Below are positions 1 through 14,626 of a stretch of DNA of 64,000 nucleotides, in pieces. The position numbers were made by a program, and so were the translations under genes. The stretch is from Auanema rhodensis (taxonomy: Eukaryota; Animalia; Nematoda). The notes beneath the pieces are model-generated. The model did no database searches. It was not told where the DNA came from and saw nothing but the letters and a program-made list of their open reading frames with translations. The DNA is taken from the NCBI GenBank assembly GCA_964057225.1, contig OZ059899.1, forward strand, positions 12,462,001 to 12,526,000, written 5' to 3'. Position 1 is the stretch's first letter. Every line of letters begins with the position of its first letter.

Positions 1-622
1 CTCGCAGCGTAGCCCAACCCATACGACATAAGCCATCTTTAATGATGGTAGCTTCATAATAATATTTTCCTATTATATAATAATTATAATTTGTAATGAT
101 AGTATGCGAGAAATACCTTTAGCATGTACTCCAGCCATGCAACGTGCACCACACCATTGTCCATTTTCGCTGCTACATTCGAGTTCTCCTTGTCTTAAGC
201 CTAAGCCAGCATCTCTATCACCAATATTCATTTTCCATCCTTGCTTAACTAATTTGAAGATTGAAAATACTCTGTATCTACAACCATACTTAATGATTTG
301 GTTTTAACTTTAGGATCAAGAGCGCTTTTTCTATTTTCCCAAACAATCTGAACCACAGGCAGACAAAAAGCCCCCGTTTTACCACTTCCAGTTTCTGCAG
401 CCTGGATTCATCTTTTATTCGAGAAAAAGAAAAGTTTAACTTACTATGAGAACATCTCCCCCTCCTAGAATACATGGAACAGCTTCACATTGAATAGCCG
501 TTGGGATTCTTACAATAAGCGATTATAGCTAGAACAAAATATCAAATTACTTACTCCCATCCAATTTTGGAAACAGACTCAGCTAGTTCAGGAATAACAC
601 CAAGTTCTTCAAAAGCCGTCAT
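1..622 (-). CDS. DDX1: DEAD-box RNA helicase DDX1 (5' part; continues beyond window start)
   Basis: Spliced translation [56 protein letters not shown] (Q motif, motif I). This is followed by the SPRY insertion characteristic of DDX1 (...WCGARCMAGVHAKGKYYYEATIIKDGLCRMGWAT). ATG at 622, short GT-AG introns. Confidence 0.93.
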
Positions 623-630
623 AGCTGGAA

Positions 631-700
631 CTGATAAATAGGTCAATGACGTCAACTCAAACAATAAAATAGAAAAAATGAAAATGAAACATTTTTAACA
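631..700 (-). promoter_or_regulatory. Probable trans-splice acceptor and U-rich intercistronic element upstream of DDX1
   Basis: Minus strand reads TTTATCAG|TTCCAGCT-ATG, preceded by U-rich TTTTCATTTTTTCTATTTTATTGTTT. Only 198 bp separate the LeuRS stop from the DDX1 ATG. Confidence 0.6.
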
Positions 701-820
701 TTCAAATTTTGAAAAAAAAAATTTATCACTTGTAATTCCTACGTTCCTAATATATTATAATATTTAAAATATATGTCAACAATAACAATAACAATCATAC
801 AAAAACCTAGGAAACCCGTT

Positions 821-4459
<3,639 letters not shown>

Positions 4460-4473
4460 ATTTGTTCCATCAA

Positions 4474-4480
4474 CTAAAAT
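4474..4480 (-). promoter_or_regulatory. Probable trans-splice acceptor of lars-2
   Basis: ATTTTAG lies 14 nt upstream of the ATG at 4459, with no obvious upstream donor. Confidence 0.5.
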
Positions 4481-5233
4481 TCTTTTTGAAATTCTCACAC
4501 TGCAAAAGAATAAAATACTTTCGACGAGGGGCGAACAACATCTTCAATCTAAATATTGCTCAAGATAAAATTGTTTATATTAATCTAAGCTTACAACTTC
4601 ATGAATTGAACAATTTAAAGCAGAGTATGTCCAATAAATTAACAATTTAGAACTCTAAGCATAAAGTATACATATATAGAAATATATAGATATATATAAT
4701 TTTATATAATTATATACACCAATCTAAACTGTTTAGTGTCAGTGACCTCGTAGAAAATAGAGAAAGGGTAGATAGCATATAAGAGTAAAATATAGAGAAT
4801 ATTACCGAATGGCATGAAACAACATTGAACGAAATACACTGAACATTATAATGCATTTTACAAATTTGGTTGGGGTACGGAAGGTGCTGCACAGCCGGTA
4901 TGCAAACGACAAGGGTCATCTCTGATAAACAAGTCATGATTTCTCTTTAAGAACCAAGAAGAAAATAAACCTAACCAATATGATTATAAGTTGATGCAAA
5001 TAAAACCATCATTTATTTACATTATAAAGAAGTGGATACATGACGAAGCACCTAAGCTCTATTGGACAAGTTGTAAGATCATAAATTGCTACCCAAAAAT
5101 GATAATTTGATAAGGTGCGCTAGAAAAACAGCGACAGGAAATGCTTCATATTTTACGCAATTCTGTAGCAAAAGTTTGGAATGTGCACCTGCTCAGAAAT
5201 AAAATTGAGATAATAAATAGTCTATAAATCTGA

Positions 5234-8200
5234 TTATTCAAAACAATTAAATCGTGGGAAAGTAGAATTATTAAGCCATACATTGACTTTTTCACAGCGT
5301 GGCTGATCAAAAATTAATTTTGGATCCAGACGTTTATGCTTCGCATACTTCAAATAGTCTACATCCTGAATAAACGAATTATATATTAGTGAAATAAACA
5401 TAAGAAGAGTTACCTCGTTTTCATCCCCGTCCTTTTCTGAAGAACAACCCGAATCACTTCTTCGGTCTAGTACAGCATCAGCCGATGAATCCGAAAGATC
5501 AAATACGATATCAGAAGAAGATTCTTCAGAACTCAATACATCACCTACAGCTTCATCATTCTTAAAATAATAATTTGAATTGTAAACCATGCACATCCCT
5601 AACCAATACGCTAATATCAAGATGAGATTTGGTTTGTCGTAAACGTTTAATCCATTCACGTCCTTTAAAGGATTGTTCAACAGTAGTCCCTAATTCTCTA
5701 GGAGGCGTTCCCAGCCAACATTCGACATTAGCGCTGGAAGAATTAACAAAAACACCCGTCCAATCTTGTAGTATACGTTCTGCAGTATGTGATCTAAAAT
5801 TAACGATAATAACAAGTAGAGAATAAAAACAATACCGTTGAAGTAACCGTGCTCTAATTCGTTGTCCTTTATCACTATCTAATTGTGGCATTTCTAGGAT
5901 TGGGAGTAGCTGTTGAATAGTGCAAGGAGTTACATTGCTATCACTGGGGCCGTTCCTGCACATGATACTTATAAAGCAATCATGAATCATAAAACCTTTT
6001 TACCTTTTCTCTTTCACTGTACTTTCTTCTTGTGAAGCTGTAGGTTCAGTAGGTTTGCTAGGATTAGGCAAAAAAGGATTATGTGAGGGGGCTGTTCCAT
6101 TTTGTCCTCCTGAATAATAATTTAATTTAAAGCCCTGCAGGGAAAAATCACCATCTCCCTTGTCCTCATCATCCTTCTCTTTGTCGTAGCTCTTTCTGTT
6201 GCAGTATTTAGAAGCTATTAAGGAGAGTCGTTTTCCTTCTTCGTCATCTGATGCTTCAGATGAAGAACAACTGAAAACAAAGAAATTTGAGAATATACCA
6301 AAAATTCAGGCGGATCAACAAACCTTGTGCTCCGCCGACTTCTGGCTATGAAACGCTGGTGCTGCTCGTAGCGCCTATGGGAAAAGCAAATGAGAATGGT
6401 ATAAAACATAAAACAAATAAAAAAGAGCAAGGACAGATTTGGTGCAATTTTACCTGCAGACGTCGGGAGAAACAACAGCATGACGAGGACGTATCATACG
6501 AACGGCACTGTAAAGTATTAGTGAAGCGGACAATTCGATACGTGTTAATAGGTTAAAATGCAAATGGATAACATATGGAGGAGCAAAAGCATTTGTGACA
6601 AAAAAAATTGTGATATGTTTTGAATACAAACCTATAAGTAGTCGGCTGTTGGGTAGATCCTGTACTTTTAGAAGGCTGCACTGGTCCATGGCGAGTTAGA
6701 TGTACTAAGCCTGTCGAAGCACTTCTGAAAAAAAGAAAAATTATTAACATTATAACTTGAAAACTTGCCGATTGGTTCTCGCTAGACCATCAGTTGGACT
6801 TGCCAACAAACTACTTGAGAAGGAAGAATCACCTTCCTCGCCTTCTTCACAAATACCTAGACAAAATATAACACTTAATGCAAAATATAAAACGTCGATA
6901 CCTAGCAGGTGAGGTGACGATGACAATTTTCTCATTCCACTACTCGAAGAAGCAGGGGCTACTTTCAGGCGAGCGAAAGAGGATAAGGTAGAAATGGCTT
7001 AAACGAGCAAAATAATAAAAAAATAAACAATTAGAGAAAGAAAAACGTACAAGGAGATGCTCTTCCACTACTACTAGGAGGAGGTGAAGGAGAGCGACTA
7101 CTTCTCAAGCTCTCAGGACTTGCAGCTCTTCTCGTATTTCCTGTGAAGAATTTAATATAGAAAGAAGTGTGAATAAAGCATTACCTAAACGGCTAAACTC
7201 TAAGAGATCATGCACAGCCTGTGGACTTATTCTGTCCTTCCCACTTCCACTAAACATGGATACAGAAGGTGAGGAATTTCTGTAAAAAAAATATTTTAAA
7301 ACTTTAAACGGAAAAATTAGATTGTTATTAAGATTATCTCTAACGCTCTCTCAATAGGGTGTATAAAATAAAAAATATCATGCTTCAATAAAATATTAGT
7401 GCGTAAGTGGCATGCAATAAAAACGAACAAAATACTGATGTTACAACATTGAAATGAAGAGTTAATAGTTGAGCTTCAATAAAAATAAACCTTCGAACAA
7501 GTCCACGAAGACTTCTGTTAAAGTTGAAATTTCCATTCCTGTCTTCTTCCTCACGTTCTGGCTCCGAGAAATTTCGAATGAAGCGAGATCTAAGTGTTGC
7601 GCATGCTGAATTCTCTTTTGCCGTATTTTCTCGATTTAAAGAAACTGTTTCAAGCGTATTATTACGATCTTCAATAATGGGCGACAAGTCATCAAAAGTA
7701 GCACATGGGCGCCCAATAAAAAGAGACACAGGACGGTCCGTGGGCTCAGAAGCAGATATATCGATATGACTCACATGCACATCGTCAGAGTTTTGATGAG
7801 CCCAGCTTTTCACAGAAATACTGTCCATAGATAATTGTCTAAAGAAAGACAAACACATAACACAAAAATAAATGGCATTCAAAAAAAACACTGAAGACAC
7901 ACAAGTAAATGCACCTTATTTTGACATAAAAACAAAAATATCCTACCTACTACTTTGTCGACTTGATTTCAAATATGTTGACAATTCTTCTTCACTTTCT
8001 TCCTTCAAATATTCGTTTATTTCTATACAATTTTAAGTTTTTCTAACCTTCAATATAGTGCAAGGTCTGGCCCGCCAGGAATTAGATCTACTACGACAAC
8101 GAGATCCAGCCACATTGGTCGCACCGGTTTTCTCCCTTTAAATTAACAGTTAAATGTTAAGTTTCGTCGAAAGTACAAACCCTTCCAGTGGGTCTTCGTC

Positions 8201-9694
8201 GGGAATCGGGTCTGATTCTTTGGCCATTAATTCTTTTGCCTTTTCTTCCCTGCATGACGATAAAATTCTCTCAGCGAGAAGATAGTAGGTAGCAGTTAGC
8301 GAATTGTATTCATCATTTTCTAGTGCGCTAAAATAATGATTTTACCGAGAACAGGTTATAGTTTAAAAAACCTGATAATTTCATGTTCAGAACCTATGCT
8401 TCCAGCCACCATCTGTTCTACAATGGTGGTATGCGCAGAGTGGGGTAATTCATGTTGCACAATCAGCGGTAAAGCCTATTCAAAAATAAATTTTATAAGT
8501 AAAAGTCATAAACATCCATACCGATGCATGGCCGCGATCACCCGCTGAAACCCAAGAATTGCTTACGATTTCAGGTAAATTAGCCCGTTTAGAAGGTTCG
8601 CGAACAAGCATTCGTTGGATTAAGCTAAAACGTTCAACATTTTAATATTTTGATATACACCATTCCTTACTTTTTACATGCTATGGACAACGAATCTGGT
8701 AAAGAATATTTACAATCTAAAATTCTGGTTAACGTCTCCGAATCATTCGTTTCTTGAAAGGGTAATCGTCCACAAACAAGCATGAAAAGGATGACACCCA
8801 ATGACCAAACATCTTAATTGCAAGAAAACAAAGTATTAAAACTGAATAAAGAACATACCGACAGCAGGAGCATCATATGCATCACCGAGAAGAATTTCTG
8901 GAGCAGAATATGCTAGACTGCCACACGAAGTTAATAACATCTTTCCGGGTTCATATAAATTACTGAACCCAAAATCCGTCAATTTAACCATTCCAATTTT
9001 TTCGAAAAAAACAACATTTTCAGGCTGAAAGAAAAGAATAAGAAAGTTATAAATAGAACAACATTACCTTCAAATCTCTGTGAACAACGTGCAAACGGTG
9101 ACAATAATCGATGGCAGTAATTATTTGCGAGAAATATTGTTGTGCTAATGGCTCAGCTACTCCCTAATAAATTGATAACAATTATAACGCAAAACTAAAT
9201 TAATCACCCACCTTTTCATGCCTCACTATGAAATCATGCATATCATAATCGCCCAATTCCAGACACAAAAACAATTTTGTTTGAGTGTCGATAACTTCAT
9301 ACAATCTTACAATATTAGGATGCTGTACTAATTTCATGCATCGCACCTTAAGAAATTAGTTTGAAAAAATTTATGAAAAATAGAACCTCCTGCATTATAT
9401 GTGCTTCAGATACAGGGTCCAAATTAGTTTTGTCGATTATTTTGCATGCCACCTGGTATGAATTGAATTATATATTACTTGTTCAAAAATATTCTAACCT
9501 TTTCGCCCGTGAATACATGTCTTGCTAGCTTCACAACTGCAAAATGCCCCTGACCAATCGTATGTTCAAGATCATACAAACCAGCTATACGAGCATCTTT
9601 TATATGCAAAAGTCTAAACTTCCAGTATATACAAGAATAAAAAAGGTAATGTAAGACTTTTTTCTTGAAGTAACCTCTGACGCCATCGCGGCAT
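5234..9694 (-). CDS. SNRK: SNF-related serine/threonine kinase (SNRK) with long Ser-rich tail
   Basis: Kinase domain [30 protein letters not shown]...[14 protein letters not shown]...TDFGFSN...[29 protein letters not shown], typical of SNRK. The tail has the SNRK-like [13 protein letters not shown] motif. The start is ambiguous (ATG 9694 with donor at 9674, or ATG 9686). The stop at 5234 is my best estimate. Confidence 0.9.
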
Positions 9695-10468
9695 ACAAAA
9701 CCTTCTTATCTGTTTAAACGCATTAAACTCTGAAAAAATAAGTGTTACAAGAATATAACTGGTAAGAAGGAAATGAAAAGTGATAACTGAATGATTAGCA
9801 CGCGAAATAAAATTATGCAATTAAACAAGAGTTTATGTTATATGGACATGCAATCTAATAAATAAAAGTTGCAGTAAAGATTAAAAACAAAGAAAGACTA
9901 TTCTACTTACTAAATAAGCTTTTTTTCAGAAGAATTAAGCTGATTTTCTAATAAATGCAACCGCTCTCTGGGTCTGCATAAACAGAAATAAAAATACGTG
10001 AACATACGATTGTACGTGGAATTTCGTTGCCGTGATTATCATAGTTTTTTATGCACACAAAGTTTGATAAATTAATTGTTTCAAAGCTTAAAGCTTGTAG
10101 TTAACTTTTTAGCTAATTTATAATAATGTGAACGAGAAAAAAACTCAGGTAGAGTCTGCAACGTTGATAAGATTGGGTGCTTAGTTATCAGCCGTTTTAA
10201 TTTTAGATATGATAGTAATATTTTACGCATATTTTTCTCTTATTTCGCATACAACCAACTTTCATATACATAACATGAAGACCATAAATTCTGGATGGCA
10301 GATAAAATTAGAATGACTTTCAGAACCTAACCAAATTTAGTTCTAAACAGTTCTATTGTCCTTCGAATTTTCGGCGATAAACTGATTTAAGTGAATAGGA
10401 CAGATGATTATCATGTGACTTTGTTAATGAAAGGAAATGTGGAAGAAAAAAGAGAGAGGGGAGCGCAC

Positions 10469-10718
10469 CTGGTATTTAGACATATTTACTTTTTCGATAA
10501 GAATTGTTGCTAACATAACGAAAAGTTTTCATGTAGCACAATTCACTAACTACTGAGCGGAAGAAAAAATGAAAGAACAACGGAAGAGGAAGAACAAAAC
10601 GAAAGCGGAGGAAAGCGAAATAGGTTGATTCAGTTTCAGCCCTGCTTGTAAACGGACTATTTTCGGCAGAAGAAGCCATTCAGTAACGACTAAGGAAGGA
10701 TGTTGAAGCCTCATAAGC
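10469..10718 (-). other. Possible non-coding 5' exon of SNRK carrying uORFs
   Basis: Acceptor TTTTCCTTTAG at 10719 and donor CAG|GTGCGC at 10468 could splice to the TTTTTTCAG acceptor at 9730. Contains ATGs at 10714 and 10679, both closing within the exon. Confidence 0.35.
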
Positions 10719-12616
10719 CTAAAGGAAAAAAGTCAAACAGAGTGAAATATCCTGGTTGAGTCTATCCAGGCGTTTGTGCAACAGAACGAAGGGAATATAG
10801 AACGTGTTTATGTCATCTGCAGAACAAAAGTTTTGTCAGGTGAACGTGTGAATGCTTATTATAGCGAGGCAATTCACTTCTGACTCTAGCTAAAATGAAC
10901 AGATGAATGGTTGGAGTATTGAAAGAGTAATTTTAGATGCGCCAGTGATCCATAAGATAAGTGGCTATGATATAGGTTCAATTTCAGGCAACGTTGATGT
11001 ATTTCCTGATTTACTGGAGTTAAATATAAAAGTTATTAGAACCTATTAAACCTAGATTCCAATCGAAATGAAAGCACTGGGCTGAGCAAGAATAGATCAA
11101 CTTCAATGATTGGTGTCGTAGTGTCGGCAAAATTAAAAAAAAGCTGTCAGCAGCAAATGAGAGGATGGACAACTCGATAAAGAAAACTAAAGCAACCATA
11201 ATAAGTGAGTGCATGATACAGATATATTATTTTCAGAGCAAAGTTAGCCATAATTCTTGGGGAAGGCTCGATATAAGTCGGACCAGCTCATGTGTTCACA
11301 ATATAGAAGGAAGTAAGTAAAGAAAAAGTACAAGTAATATGTACTCCAGAATTCAGTCATAGTAACAAAATATGGCAACAATCAAAGAATACCGTCTTAT
11401 GTCGATATGTCGTCATAAAGCATTATCATACATTGAATCCATGATTTCCAAAGTTGCAGAGATTGTTATTCGAGGCTTGCTACCCGTGGTGATAAGAAAA
11501 AAGAGAAGAAGCTGCAGAGAGAAAGATATCTCAACGATCTCTCACTTTGGCACTTATTGAAAGCTGTCCGAAGTACAATTCACAGAGAAAGAATGATCAT
11601 CTTCAGGAAAATCAGTGATGACCAGTAGGATAGTCGAGGGAACATAGGGTCTACGAGACATTCTGACGACAAAGAAAGCCATCACTATAATTGAAATTGA
11701 ATTGTGCCTCTCAGTCGGCTAATCAGGGCTCAGGCACAAAATCGCATAACAGAAAAACGCAAAAAAGAAGAAAACGGCGGCAATATCGCAAACGGAGCTC
11801 AGGCTTTTCGCCGTTTCAGTACGCTCGAAATCATTCATTCGAGGGAGGCATGCTGGAACAGACTAAAACTAGCAACAAAAAAATAAAATCATGCTGAAAG
11901 CGCCCAAAATAATGTCTGGTAACAACCAGCATGCCCATGCCATACACTTCCTTGTAAAGTCGTGTTAAAAACGTTGAGTGTTGTGAGAAATCCGTTATTC
12001 AAATGTCGATTGCTCGGCGGAATTTAGAAATACCTAGTTTGACATTCTCACACGCACGATTCCATTCTCTAACCTATATTAAAAACAAATCCACTAATCA
12101 TATATCAATAAAATGATGTAAGATAGATTGACTGAAAATCAATTGCCTTGTGAGTGCCTCTTTTGCCCTTTCTTTCCTTTGAAATTTTAGTGAATAAGCT
12201 TAATTCTGTCACTATTTTGTTACGTAGCTTCTTACTTTTAGCTATTATCAAACTTACTTGACTTATTTTTAGTTATTAAATATTATTATTACTTTTTTTG
12301 GGATAATAATTAAACTTTTTATCTCTATCATTCAATGGTAATTTATGCTTATTTTCTTGGCTTCATCACTGATTAAACCAGCAGTCCATTATAATTTTTC
12401 CGCTGCAATTGGCAGGAATTAAAACGTAATACTCCTATTCTAGTCAGTTTTCTTGAGGAAAATTTTGTTTTCGATGAATTCGAAGTCAAATGCGGTCGTT
12501 ACTACAGAACCGATGCTGTCACATCAGAAATACCCTTGTTTTTATTCCGGAAATTTGAATTTAGCATTAATATCTTTGGTATAAGCATCAGAAACAAGTA
12601 ATATAATTGTCAAAGT

Positions 12617-12622
12617 TTTATT
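12617..12622 (-). terminator. Candidate polyadenylation signal of the SERTA/IER-like gene
   Basis: AATAAA on the minus strand ~555 nt after the stop at 13177. Confidence 0.45.
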
Positions 12623-13019
12623 AAATCATTACACATTAAATAAATAAAGGCAAGACTACAAAAATATGCTCTCGTTGCTACGGGAATAAAAAATGAACAA
12701 TTACCAGCCAGAACTGTGATGATCACACTAGGTCCAAAAAAGTCGACAAGACTAAGTTGAACTTCGATTGAGGTCAGTTAAATTACGGGACACGAGGTAC
12801 TCCGTAACGTAAAAACCACAATCAGAGAACAAAAGCATTATGAAAATCATTACAAAAAAAAGGTAGAGATCAACTTATTTTTACACGAATTATTAATTTT
12901 AGGATTTTTGAGTGCCTTATAAATTGAGCAAAGTAACACATATATGAACAAAGCTCGACAAAAACGAGAAACAAGAAAATAATTTTTAAATTGTACATAG
13001 AATAGTCGCATAGAATTGT

Positions 13020-13102
13020 GTTGTTCAGTGAAATCGTTCGAACTAACCCGTTTTCATGATTCTTTAAGAAATAAATAAATTCGAACTACCTCACTAAGCA
13101 AC
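13020..13102 (-). ncRNA. Candidate let-7-family pre-miRNA hairpin (or structured 3'UTR element)
   Basis: Minus-strand fold-back pairing GUUGCUUAGUGAGGUAGUUCGAA with UUCGAACGAUUUCACUGAACAAC. The 5' arm begins UGAGGUAG at 13093. G-U pairs make the minus strand fold better than the plus strand. Confidence 0.45.
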
Positions 13103-13176
13103 GAACGGACTACAAGCTACGGACCCGTATCAACTGCAATGATTGGGTATTGGTTAAAGTAATAAGTTACAGCGCA

Positions 13177-14626
13177 TCACAGTTTTAAACGTTTCTGATG
13201 AGTAACATCGGCGCTGGCTTCGTATGGAAACTGTAATTTTCGGACTGAGCATTTCGGGCGTAATAGGGATATGGCTCTACCTCACTACTCTTCCGCTTCT
13301 TTGGCGAAACTATTGGATTAATGGCATCGAGATCAGTCAAATTTTCTGAATGAGGTGGCGACATTACATCATCCGTTGATGATTTTTCTATCAACGGCGT
13401 CTGAAATAACGTGACAATGTGATAAAGTTTTACAAATGAGTCACTTACGTAAGTTTTCATTTCGGAATAGCTGTTGTTATTAAGGGAGAGGAAAAGCTGA
13501 TCACTGGGTTCTGCTCGAACGGGTTGCAGCGGGGAAGTGTTCCCGACGTCGCATAGTGTGGAAAGGGCGGACAACGGTTCCAATTCATACGACGTCATCG
13601 AAAGATCATATGTACTAAAAAACGCAATAAACACAAACACAGAAAAACAAAGATAGTACCTGTCGAAGCCATGTGTTGGAACTGTTGGAAGCGGAAGTGA
13701 AGATTCCGGACTTCCTCCCTCGGTGGCGGACTCAGAAATAGTGGAATAGCAATCATATATACTCAACCGGGGATCACTATCATCAAGACTATCAAGAGGT
13801 GATTTGATTTCGGCACGACTTTCAGCACCATCCCGACCTAGAATGTCGAATTCAACCTTAGTTATACTGACTGACTAATGTTACCTGTGAGGAACGATGA
13901 TCCAATCATGTAATCGTGATACTGATTAGAATCTATACACCCAGACGACAACCAACAATCATTCTAATGCAAGCAAATATTAATTCATCACTATGACTGA
14001 TATCTACCTTAGGTATATCATGATCATCCAGTAATTCCATATTGATATCACTGTCATCAGCTTCACAAAGAGAATTGTCTGATGGATCCACATCATCCAA
14101 ATACTGAAACAGGACGACGTAAAGCCATGGCAAGATCTTGTTTCAAAATATTTTAAGACCATGATCACAAAACTTTCACAATACAACGACTCTTACGAAC
14201 CCTAACATAATGCGCACTAGCATCATCGTTAAAATGAAGTTGATTCAAATTACAATCATAACTAGATGTTATTAATGGATTTGATGAAGACTGAAATAAC
14301 TCAACATATCTCCCATTTACCACAATTTGTTTATGTGAACTTCAAATACTATACCTCTTTCCCCTTATACTCTCTTGTATCTTCCTCCACTACCTTTTCC
14401 CCATGAGATTTCAGGAGGTCCGATACAAAGTTTTTGATAAGCACTCTAGAACACGGTACAAATAAAATATTTATTCATCAACTTTCATCTCAAACCTTTT
14501 CCTCATCGCACTACCTCCACAACCAGCTCGACGTTTTTCCATTTTGTCATTACATTTATCAATAGCAATATTACATAAGTGACCAAAGACTTCCTCAGTG
14601 AGCTGATCAAGAGTATACGAATCCAT
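13177..14626 (-). CDS. 334-aa acidic, largely disordered protein with N-terminal SERTA/IER-like helical motif and C-terminal basic NLS-like clusters
   Basis: Nine phase-consistent exons: 14626-14496, 14445-14355, 14290-14201, 14103-14008, 13963-13885, 13837-13660, 13614-13449, 13400-13281, 13230-13177 (1005 nt). Starts MDSYTLDQLTEEVFGHLCNIAIDKCNDKMEKRRAGCGGSAMRKRVLIKNFVSDLL and ends SPKKRKSSEFPYEASADVTHQKRLKL. The family assignment is by eye only. Confidence 0.8.

Noticed and set aside
195-208. TTAGGC telomere-like hexamers here and near 37257
   Set aside because: Only about two units, one set inside DDX1 coding sequence; not an array or a recognisable DNA-elimination site.
11372-11897. Plus-strand short ORFs and a 9-bp inverted repeat upstream of SNRK
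   Set aside because: No coherent exon chain or homology; more likely promoter sequence.
13185-13766. 193-aa ORF ending LLIRNV
   Set aside because: It reads through three introns; the spliced model ends HQKRLKL at 13177.
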